This document shows, piece after piece, positions 52,701 through 64,000 of a DNA stretch of 64,000 nt (position 1 is its first letter; each line of letters opens with the position of its first letter). Made by a program: the position numbers and the translations under genes. The stretch is taken from assembly GCA_973895155.1 (NCBI GenBank), contig OZ316891.1, positions 9,425,875 through 9,489,874 on the forward strand, written 5' to 3'. Under the pieces are notes generated by a model, which was given only the letters and a program-made list of their open reading frames with translations, was not told the origin of the DNA and ran no database searches. The stretch comes from Marsupella aquatica. Lineage: Eukaryota; Plantae; Marchantiophyta.

Positions 52701-52876
52701 TATTTCTACGCGTTTTGTCGGGTTTTGCAATGATTGCAGCAAAAGCTGTACGTCCACTAGTTGGATATCGATCAAATTCTGTTTTGGCATATGTTCGCGT
52801 CTTGCATTTTATGCTTCTCTAACTTTGTTCTTATTTCTTGCAGCTATTTTCTTTGGCCGAGGGGAAGTGGAGGTGA
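49725..52876 (+). CDS. Conserved plant protein of unknown function (AT1G19010/AT1G74860-like), ~671 aa, with N-terminal coiled coil and disordered middle
   Basis: Four in-frame exons: 49725-49919, 50567-50833, 51141-52661, 52844-52876. Family motifs LKQAAIDIIDNLGKEAAECILLSQRKA...TKENALALLMQVK, and C-terminal SSRDSRRLMQGARQLFSLAEGKWR. Confidence 0.85.
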
Positions 52877-54736
52877 ACGAGGTATCTGTGTAATTATTCA
52901 GAAGGTCCAGTTGGATGTCTAGAATGGACAATCAATTTTGTCCTAGGCATCAGCAGTTTTGTTCTGTATATTCATTTTATGGTATAGGTGAAATAAAGGA
53001 GCAGATCAAAGCTTCGGCTTGTCCATCTTCTACTTGATAGAGTAAGTTATTGGACCCTGCTTTAATTAAATACATTGTAGAGTAGTTTGAGTGAATGTTC
53101 TAGTTAAAGGCTAGATGAGAGAACATTCTGAACCTTTTCAAGAGAGTAGTGTAGTAGCTACGTACTGATTGGCTCATAAGGACGCATCCATTCACTGCAT
53201 TTGACGGTATCTTTCCATTCCAGTGTCTTAACCCATCTGCCTCAGAAGTGAGGAGAGGATAAAATTGAGAGGATTATCGACGACGCACTGGGATTTGTTG
53301 AAAAAGTGGTTACCTTTATCCAGAACTCCCTCTAAATGAGGAGCTGTATTCAAATAATTTCAGCCACAACTGTAAAATAATTTCTTTCCAAATTTAATAG
53401 CACGGTGGTCCTATTTTCCCACCTTGTCCTTACTGAGTTTTAAACTTTGTTCCATGTTAGAACTTTTCAGTACTCGATTCATTTTTCAGCGCATTTAGTT
53501 TTTGTTGCCTCTCGGGGGTCTTTTCAGTCGTCATTTTCTTCAAGTTGTTAGGGTAACTGGTTCTCATTTTCGCAGTGAAAGAAAGTGGAACCAATGGACT
53601 GTGCAGGCTCCTGAAGAGGGTCCCCTTAGGCCACCCGAGATATTGTGCATACAAATTGGATGATGTACTGAACTCGCATTGGAGGTCTCATGGTACTCGT
53701 GCCTTTTTAGCCACTAGCTATTTGGGATGTTGGAAATGAGTGATCGCTGCATCCAACAAGGTCGAAAATGAGTTGTCTCTGCATCTAGCAGGGCTTGCTT
53801 TAAACCCTACACAAACTCGCATGTGGTGAAGATTTCTTCAGTCCTTTCGCACGGACTCTAAGAGGAGGAATCAGACGTGACAATGAAAACCATACCACTT
53901 CGTATGATGTAGTGGAGAGTGTCAAAGAAAATGTTCATCATACCAAGCATTTGTGACCGTGGCATTTCAGGTTCCTACTATTCCACTTGGGTCAAAATAT
54001 TAGAGAATGGCTTTCACAAAGTCGGTAAGCGTCACGATACTCGAACTTTTCGTCCAAATAAGGAACGTAGATCGTATTGATTGTTACATTCTGGCTGGAC
54101 TAAGGGCCAGTTAAATTGGTAAAATATCCTAGTATGCTCCGGCTCCTGTGAGCGAACGAAGCACATGATACCTTCAATTTGCCATCCTAAATCCTATATG
54201 ATCTAGGTGCATACATATTCTACAATTTGTTCTGGCTGGAGTGACGGACCCTTTCATATTTTGGCTTGTACGCCAACCTCTAAGCGACAAATAATAATTC
54301 TGGCGTATAGATGTTTCTAAATGGGTCAAAGAATGGTAAGGTACATAATAAACACTTCCTCTCAGAGGGCAACTGAATAATTAATTGCTAAAATGTTTCC
54401 GGTCATTTTGAACATTTCAAGGGATGGACAGACCTCTAATGCTGGGTCATGTATACCGAATCGTTGGTATTGGTGGATGGTACATAGAAGGATTGTCTTC
54501 TTCAAGATCAATCCGCTTCATGATGTGTCCACGTTGCGTTCATGAGTTGAAAACTTGCCGTCTTGCTCGGATGATGCAGTGGCTGTTCTGGGTCAGCAGC
54601 ACACCGGTCAGATCTATGCGACTTGCACATCTTGTATTCCCTGCACTTGAGCGTCATAATATAATATGGCTGTAGGGGTTTAGGGCACGGGGTATAGGGT
54701 TTATATATTGTTTGCAGCCGTCTTGAGTTGAGAATC

Positions 54737-57700
54737 TCAAATCCCCCTCCCTTTCAGACCCTTTAGGAACTGCTGCTGTGGAGCTTTCAACACCTGCGAA
54801 GGCTGCCTGTCGACTTCCTTCTCCGACACACTATCATATTCCAGATCACTTGGACAAGGGCTGAAAGTGTCTGTCTCCAGCATTTGCACCACCTGCTCCA
54901 TGGACGGGCGATGCTCAGGATCTGCTGCAATGCATACGATAGCAATCTGGAGGACATTCTCCATACTCTCTTTTTGTGGGCTCGGACATTGTGGATCGAA
55001 GATATCCTTGTGACGATTCTCTCTTATGCACGATCCCACCTGCAGATTACGTAAGGACAACATTTCAATTGTTGGCGGCATTTGCTGCTATCTAAGTACA
55101 GTTGATTAAGTCTATCTATAACAGATTCACCTGTAAAAGCTGAATAAAGAACTGTGGACTACTCACAGGAACTTCTAATTGTGTCTTGGTAGGTATGCTT
55201 TCCAGAACCTATTTCTTTGTCAAAGAAGACTTACCCAGCCGACCACATTCAAGCCTTTCTCAACAAAGCAAGTGTCTGTGGGCCGTTTTCCACTTAGGAG
55301 CTCAAGGAGAACCACACCATAGCTGTATACATCCGCTTTCTCCGTTGCTCTCCCACTTTGCATATATTCTGTACATGCGAATCAAGTTCGAGGGTTAACA
55401 AGCTTTATATATGGGTCCTCGGAGTTTATTCTCCATCAGAAAAGAAACGATCTGGGAGTACAAAGTGCAAGAGAAAGGTAGCTTTAAATGTTACAAGCTG
55501 CAAGTGACGAAAGTACTGTTGGTTGGATGCAGTGACCAGACCTGGTGCAAGATATCCAAAAGTGCCAGCAACTATAGTTGTGACATGAGATTCGTCATCA
55601 TCCAGAAGTTTTGCCAGTCCGAAGTCCGAGACATGAGGTTCCAGATTACCATCCAGAAGAATGTTGGAGGACTTTATGTCCCGGTGAATGATTCGTGGAC
55701 TACAGTCGTGATGTAGGTAGGCCAGAGCCCGAGCAGTACCCACGGCAATCTTAAGTCGAGCTGCCCAAGTAAGAGGTGTCTCGTGTGGTTCTCTCTCTGA
55801 AGAAAGAGGTCACGTTTCCCAGGTTATATTCATAGCTGCACTGTGTTGCACCAAAAAACTTCCACTTCTAGACACGACCTTCAATCAATGCTCTGAAGTC
55901 AAATCGGGTTGGAAAGGCAAAAAATATAGAGCACAAGCTACTCACCGTGAAGGAACTCGTCTAAGCTTCCATATGGAAGATAGTCATAAATCAACAATTT
56001 TGAAGCAGGGGAATTGCAGTATCCTCGAAGGTTGACTAGATTTCTATGCTTAAAGCTTCCCAAGATCTCTAACTCCCTCTCAAACAGGCGCTCCGAACCC
56101 AGCCCAGACTTTCCTATCTTCTTCACTGCAAACCAATTGCCATCCTCCATGACAAGACGGTAAACGGTGCCGAACCCTCCAGATCCTACGATATCCGTGT
56201 CATCAAGCGTCTCTATCTTTTTTACGATGTCTTTGGAGGCATATGGTAAATCACCGTGAAACAGCACCAACTTTGATGAAGCTGCCAAATTTATTCAGCC
56301 ACAGAAAATATCAGTCGTAGCACCTTCAGATAAGATAAGATGGATTCCTGCTCTTGCTTCACTTTCTAGATTTCACGTCAGTGGAAAATCAAATGCACCT
56401 ACTGCTTTTCAAATATGGGCCGGCAATCAAACAGAAAACATATTATTACAAAAAGCCGTAATGAAAAAAATTAACTGCAAAAAGTCAGCTCGTCGAAATA
56501 TTTCCTCAGGGTTTGTCAGATCCCCATGGCTTGTCGTGTAAGCTGAACTTTTAGAACCAAAGATCTTGGAGTGCATAAAACATAGTAATCCAAGATGAGA
56601 AGTAGCTCACCCATGGAGGAGGCCTTGACTTGGTCTTGTCCATTTGCTTTCAGTATTTTACTGGGGTTTTGGTTTCTGAAATAGAGGAAGGAACAAGAGA
56701 AGCAAAAGAACCCAAGCACGACTCCAATTGCGGAGATTATAATCAGCGTGCTGTTGAGAATTCTGGTAGATGTACTCCTGGACACTGCATCTTTGCCAAG
56801 GAGAGACGTCAGAGGAATGCGCTAGAATAAGCTAATTTCCCAATACGCATCGATCTGTACATCATAGATAGACAGCTGGTATGATAGTACTACCTTCAGA
56901 GCCTGCTAGAGGTTGGAGAGTTCCTCCCCAAGGAGACGGAGCACCGACTGCAGGATCTTGTCCAGGTACCGGAGCAGGACTGGGAGACACAATATTCTGG
57001 CATGCGTTGTTGACCTGAGCTCCACAGAGTCCCAAGTTCCCAGCAAACCTGCATGCAAAGCTGTCACCAATTCGTGCTATTTTCGACATTCACCTCATTT
57101 CTAGCATCTGATAAGCTTATGGTCTAACACTGGCACACGCATTTGGTCACGGAAACAACGAAAGGAAAAAGTTCTGTTTCCAGCCTTGAGCTAAGATAGA
57201 TTGCTTACGAGGCATTCGAGAAGTAAGAAAGTGCACCAGTTGTGGGAATTGCGCCCACAAGGAAATTCACCGACACATTACTGCAGGAAGAGAGACCGAT
57301 TAACGCATTAAAATGAGTGCACAATATTAATTCTCTCCTCAATCATGCAGAAATTCCAAGCACAGTGACAAGTATTAAATGAGCGAGGGAGTATCGTAAA
57401 CAGTGCACGATTTGCATCAGACCAGCGCGCACACTTACAAGAAGTAGAGTTTGGAGAGGTTTTCAAGAGACTCTGGAATTGAGCCAGTCAGGTCGTTTCG
57501 GGAGGCATCCCTGCAACCACGAAACGGAGATCGGTTCAGTAATTGCTGTTTAGGATACTTATCATTTCCAATAGATTGCGTGCGCAAGGGACTTGTTATG
57601 ATGACGCTGGATTTACTTACAATATCTCGAGATTAGAAAGCTGTCCTAGCTCGTTAGGGATCGGTCCAGTGAGCTTGTTCCCCTTGAGATATCTGCAGCC

Positions 57701-59103
57701 CGTTCAATGAAAACCATCACAACGAGATATCAACACGACATAAAATTCTGTATTATTCCAGACAATCAGTACGTTTTTGAAGTCTGCAGCAAACGATTCT
57801 GGCGGAGGTATGTTGAATAGATGGTAGAACTTACAGTGCCCTTATAGATGTCAAGTTTCCAAGCTCAGGAGGAATTGGTCCAAAAAACTTGTTCTCGTGA
57901 AGCCCCCTGTACGAATGAACGAGATTTACACGACAATGAAGCATGTCATTCCCAGTATTCTTTGAAAGTAATCCAGACTCTCTAGACGCAATGTTCGTCT
58001 TTGAATGGGATGGCGAAAAAATGGATCGCTGTGCATTTGTTGCCTGATGATAATTTGAACGCAGTTAAACCTTCTCGTAATGTGACCATGGACCGCCTGC
58101 TGTTGAGAAAGTGAAGCTCAAGGTTGGATGGAACAAACCGTTTAAAACAGACCGGAGGACAAAGCATTTGGAGCCTCACAGGGCCTAGAAGATCAAATGG
58201 GCAGAGAGTGCAAAATAGACAGCCGGTCAGGCGAGTATGTGCGAGCAAGTTATGGTTTGTCGTCCAGCTTACAATCTCCTCAGATGAGTTAGCTTTCCGA
58301 GGACTGGCGGAATAGGTCCACTCAAGTGTCGATAGGGCAGATTCCTGCGGAGCGTTGCGAACAATCAAGTAAGATTTTCGGATTGGCATCATCTTGACAA
58401 TAGATTGACACGCCTGAACTCAATTCATGTTTTCGTTGCGAAAATCACAGAGACAAAAAGCGAAAACTTTGTCGAATCCTTACAGATGGGTAACAAAGGT
58501 GTTGTTCACGTCGCATCGAACACCTGTCCAGTAGCATGGATTTTCGTCGCTTGCATTCCAGTTCTGAAGGACAAATTCTGAGTTGAGAAGTTTCATCTTG
58601 AATGTCAACAGAATCCAACCTGCAGTGGTGACCAACACGGTTCCATCGTCAAATTCTAGCATCTCGATCTCTGGTTCATCCTAGATACCAAGACAACAAC
58701 GCAATCATTCGTAAAGATCGATTTCACATGCAGACGTTCTTCATTCTTACAGCTTCTTTAATGTCCGAGAAATCAACCTTGTTATACTTTAGAGTCTCGT
58801 TTACACTTCTCCTGCAATAGAACTCAAAAAGTGTGGTCTCAACTGACAGGAAACTTTGGCTCGGACTGTAAGCACCGTGGCCACAACTCTAAGGTCGTCT
58901 ATGTCGCCAACAGAAAGAAATGGGCAACAGAAAGAAATGGACGTCTCTTGTCCCAAGACACGGACAACTAACTCGCCCTTTTAAGTCTGGTTTAGGATGG
59001 ACGATGTTGCCATACCGTCTCGTGATAGTCCTTGGCTGGTTCTCCATTGTAGACAGAAGAGCAGGAGAATAGAAATTAACGTTCCCAACTTCATGACCCT
59101 CAT
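54737..59103 (-). CDS. FEI: LRR receptor-like kinase, FEI1/FEI2-like (LRR-XIII)
   Basis: Signal peptide exon, LRR N-cap [16 protein letters not shown], five 24-codon LRR exons, FAGNLGLCG and a TM helix. Kinase motifs: [89 protein letters not shown]; tail [11 protein letters not shown]. Start is at 59103 or 59094. Confidence 0.93.
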
Positions 59104-62100
59104 TTCACATCCGTAGCTGCACGCATTACCACCGTACGTTCAAAACGACATATTCACGAAGTCAGTTGAAGCGATGTCAAAAGCGGTATCTAACTACAAG
59201 CAGTGGCAACTAGCCCAAATGCTTTCCCCGATTCAAGCTCAAATTGCGTCCGTTTCAATTCAAGCAGACGAGAGACATTCCTACACCCACGGCTGGACCA
59301 TAAAATGAATATTGTCAAGGAAGCGTTTCATCGCACTTCAGTGTAAGAAAAGAAAACCGTCCACGCAGCTGAGAAGTCCACGGCTACGAATCACTCATTT
59401 GGGTGCACGGGGAGGTGTGACGTACGTCTGGTTCAACCTCGTACTATACAGAAAAACTTGATGGCAAGAAATGAAGCTAATGGCAGAGAAATCAGTCAAA
59501 GCTTTTCTCTCGACAGAAACTACCTCGGCGGTTATGACAGAGGACCGCCCATTTACAAAAGTGTAGTTCTCTCGACAGGACGGTCGGAGCTTCCTTAGAC
59601 AGTCGTGCGTGACTGATGTCGTGAATTCGGAGTTAAAATAAGGCATGTCTCTCGGGATCTAGCCAGGAGAAATGTATGCATTGAATGCAACTCGCCAACG
59701 TAGACAGATTGATAACTCATTAGAGTAGCTACCGTACTGTAGCCAACCAGCCTCAGTCGTTTTCTATCAGAACGGGCTGAATATCAAATGAAGTTCTGTT
59801 TCTTGAACAATGTATGTTCTTCTGCAGCCAAATGGAATTCTGCTCGAGGGCCCGAATTATGACTCAAACTCTAACTCCGAGATTATTCGACAGCATGCTC
59901 GTACCACGAGAAAGTGTGCACGCCCTATGGCATTGGATCTCCCGTCGCCGAAAACATTCATGAAGGTCTAAAGGAGTCAATGTCACAAGTTTTCGTAGTT
60001 TTCAGATTGGAAAGAAAGCTGCCACTAGTGAATGAGCCCGTCAGGTGATCAGCGTTGGCAACTAATCATTCTTGGCCCTTCGCGATTCGTTGAGCGATGT
60101 AATATGCGACAAATGACCGGGAATAAATTATCATTCCGCCCTCCGATACCAGGCACTCTCCGCAAAAATATTACCAGGACATTGGACTCGCCCCCTATTC
60201 GTGACTTTCCAATTACCCATCATCAACATGAACCTGAGCAAACTAAATCTCCCAAGTAGGCACACCTTTAGCAGCTGTTCTCTTTCTCCAGGTAATCGAA
60301 TTCATGCGAACAAATGCTCTCCCATCCGCCAAGAAACCCAAAGTGAACGATGTCTGCAAAATATCGATCTCCCTGTATCTCGCCTTTCCTGGTACTACCA
60401 ATCGAAACGAATTCAATGAGAACACAAAGCAGATAACAGTTCCAAGTGCGCTGCAGCTAGCATGGTCTAACCAATGCAGACCGATACAATGGTGGCTGGT
60501 TAGCGATTCTGAGGACAACAATAAAATCGATCTCGTAGACAATAAGCCGACGATTCACAAACGGAACACGGCCACCGAGTCTAGTTAGCTCGATTCCTAG
60601 ACAAACTAGACAAATCGGGACGAGAGGGTCTGATCGATCCCACAATGCCACACACTTTTGGCCGTCAATTCAAAGTGCTCTAGCTACTGTAATTCTGGAG
60701 CTACCCCTCATCGACCACAATCAATGCAACAGCACCTAGAACAGCACCACACCACCTTCTTTGTCGTGAATACCTTTCCTTTGCTCTACTTCTCTCTCTT
60801 GGTCTCAGTCTCAGTCTCTCTCTCTCGCTCGCTCGCTCTCAAAGCAAATACGTCGGGACCGCGATCTTCGCCGCTTGCCGCTCAATTCCGAAAGCTCTAT
60901 CTATCTACGCATTCAACACGAATTCCGCACGCACGCACGGAGGGGCTCGCGAGCGAGACAGGCAGCCCGATCGATCGATCGACCCACTCTCCTATTACAC
61001 ACAGTCTAGAAGCGTTCACGAAATCGATCGAGCTCAGAGCTCACTGAACGACCGAATCATCCGTCCATTCGAGAATTGAGAAGAGGAGAATGAATTTGAG
61101 AGAGAACTCAAGCTAGAAAACGAAACTTCCACGACTAACTACTATTTTTCATCATCACATCATCATGTCTTGTTTCAATCAATCAATCCAATCAATCCAA
61201 TCGATCCAAGCGATCAGCCGAGCCGTCAACGTTAATCGAGTGCACCAATTCCGCTACTGGGTTCCACTGTTTGTTAGCTGTTGTGTTGTTTTGCTCTCAC
61301 TCCTTGGCGTGGACTCATTCAGATATCGTCGGTCAAGCTCAGAAGTAAATTCTCGCCCTCACGACGAATTCGGGCAGCAGCCGAATTTGCGGGAGGGAGA
61401 ATGAAAGTCCTCTGCTTCGGACATCGGCCCGGGGTTAACGGCCGCTCGCCCCCGAGGTGACCGTTGGGGGGCGCTGCCCTCATCCGTTCGGCCGAGCGCC
61501 CTGGGCAGGAGGGCAAACGGGGCAGGGCAACTCGAAAGAAAAAACCAGCGGCTGTGAGTGAATTGTTTTAGGACCGTCGTGTGTCATGCGCCGTGTGTTT
61601 TCGGTTTGGGCTACCGTAATGTTTGTTTGTTTGTTTTTTGGGTTTTTTTGGTTTTTTTTCCTGTTGAAGAGACCGCGCTACAGCAGCCCGGAGTGGGGAG
61701 TGACGTCGGTACCAACTGACTTCAGTGCGACGGTCAGACCAGCCCTATCCGACACGTTACACTAGCATGTCTCAAACTTATTGCTTTTCAGGAAGCTGCT
61801 ATGTTCGCTCAAAGAGCCGATGCAGTATCTGATCTAACGGAGGATTTCGTACTCTCACTTTTGGGGGGTTATGTGGGCCGTAGATTGATCGTCCCTGGTA
61901 TGTTTCATGACTCCTATTTCGGATCTTCGCTTCAGGTTTTACTATTCTGTTCCCTTTTTGGTTGCGTTACTACACGTGGCTTGAATTTTTCTGCCGATGA
62001 AACTATCTGTGGGACTAATTATGGATTCAAAGCAAGTTGTTCACCATTGACATGTGCAACATTCGTCAGCAAATCTGAGTATTTAATGAGCATTAACTAC

Positions 62101-62929
62101 GTTTTATAATGAGAGATGACAAGTTTTTGAGGCAAAGCTTTTCTCTTGGTTCCCTTTGATTGGGAAATAATCGTTCATTGATAAGGCATTAACTAGTGGT
62201 CGGGAACTGACAAACGCCTTTTGTGGAATTTAATGTGTTGCTTTTCTTTGAACGGGAAACTGCTGTGCCCCGTGGGGGTTACCTACTGTACCTATCCTGC
62301 CCATTGGGAAAAGGCCTTATCGTAAGAGTGGCTTTTACAGGAACTGGGGGAGTGGGGGCATTTGGAAAAACAATTCACCAAAGGTCGAGAAACAAAAACC
62401 CGGATGGTAAGAGACACTGTCCCTACCCATTCGGATGGACTCAATAAAACAATCATTGCTTTTATATCGAAAAGAAAAAGGAATGGATCATAGATCGCAC
62501 CTGACTACTTTGATTACCTCGGGGAGAAAGTAGTTAAGATGGCATGGTGATCCTGAATAATGGCATGACATTTTTAGGTTGAAGGTAGTCAAGTTGCCAA
62601 GTTACCTATAAAACTGGTTTGGTAATGGAGTTGAAACCAACTGCAAACGATAAGGAGACCGTTTACAGGTCACACTTCAGTCAAAAGTGTAAACAATGTT
62701 ATCTGAGTCAGTTGAAGTTTTCTGAGCAAGCCCATCCAAGCTTTGTCAATACATCTGGGCTTCCACAAACAAAGTGGAGGTCTATGTGGGCTTTAGTTTC
62801 TAAATTTGAACTCCACTTATGAACACCAAAAAAAAAACACATTTGAAACTAAAATTAATCAAGTGCAAATCATTTTTGGAAATTTTTCGGAAGCCCTCTT
62901 GTAAGAGGTTTTTTCTTTGCAAAGTGGAG

Positions 62930-63540
62930 AATGTTATCTAATTTTCTCTAATTTCCTGGATATGAGTACAACCATCAGATTGTGGCTACTGAGGTATGTG
63001 TTAGGTGAGAAACTGGCTGGTGGCGCAATTCTGCCCGGCAGGTCCATAGATATACTATGCTTCTTACTAATGAGATGGTGTCTCATGCAATGGTGTCCCC
63101 TGATTAGTAGGTATGTCTCAAACTTGATGTAAGCAAGGCTTTTGATAATGTGGAGTGGATTTTCATCAAAAATATTGAAAAACATTGGCTTTGGGGATTT
63201 TTTTACTGGATTCTTCAAGGCAATTACTACTCCTGTTACTATGGTCAACGGGAAAGCCACTGTGACATTTGATGTTACCCGATCATTTTGTCAAGGCTGC
63301 CCAATTTCTCCTTTGTTCTCTATCATTGCGATGCAAGCTTTAGATTGCGTGTTAACCAAGCAATTATCAGCTGGCCTTATAGTAGGGGTTCGTTTTGAAG
63401 AAGTGGGGTTACATTTAGCACAGCAATTCCACTCAGATGATTCTGTGGTCATTCTGAGAGGAGATCCTTTCAACTTTGACAGGTCCATAGAATGTTTTGA
63501 TGAGGTTGATAAGTTGAGGGGAGACCCAACCATCTGATCG
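62930..63540 (+). mobile_element. Decayed LINE (L1-type) reverse transcriptase fragment
   Basis: ILPGRSI, KLDVSKAFDNVEW (frameshifted), ILKNIGFG, VNGK...RSFCQGCPISPLF and FHSDDSVV, the last a degenerate F/YADD motif. Confidence 0.85.
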
Positions 63541-64000
63541 TAAAATTGGGTGTGATTACAACCATTGGATGCGAAGGAGTAAACTGGGTTAGTTTTCTTA
63601 ACCCACAAACAAAAAGAGTGGCATAGTGATAAATAGAACAAATTCAGTGGCAAGATATGTATTATGCCAAAAATGAGTGGCAATCTAGTAAATCCTAATT
63701 ATAGTGAATGCATATAAAAAAATGGACCAAATGTGTAAAGCTATCTGCCCAAGCATAGTTGGGGCAGTCTTTTGCTCTGGTCTTCCCCACCCTAACATAT
63801 TCACCCCAATGTTCCTTGACGTGGGCAATTCCACAACCCCCTCACATTTCTTTGACAGGGCCTCACCCCTCGAGGCTAGGTCCCTTGCGCCCCCCCCCCC
63901 CCCCCCTCTCCCTTTTTCCCGTGTAAGAATGAACGTCGGGATGAAAGTGTTCTGGCCTACTTGTCTCATTTGCACTAGTACTCCTCTAATCAGGGGGTAT

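Overview
Eukaryotic nuclear DNA from a land plant, with intron-rich genes and GT-AG splicing. Divergence from angiosperm orthologues suggests a non-seed plant such as a bryophyte, but this is inference. Seven host genes are supported: the 3' part of exocyst SEC10 (+), a GH38 alpha-mannosidase (-), a plant membrane protein (-), an unrecognised ~150-aa protein (+), RDM4/DMS4 of the IWR1 family (-), a conserved plant coiled-coil protein (+) and a FEI-like LRR receptor kinase (-). The most notable feature is a full-length but mutated Ty1/copia retrotransposon of the Bianca type at 40918-47522 (-). It has 110-bp LTRs, a CAAAG target-site duplication, a PBS matching the anticodon arm of tRNA-Ile(IAU), an RT insertion and a long antisense reading frame in its leader, and it sits inside an older ~180-240-bp repeat array. 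Decayed LINE pieces, tandem repeats and an interleaved pair of inverted repeats fill the intergenic space. No rRNA, tRNA or CRISPR features were seen. Family assignments come from recalled motifs, not database searches.
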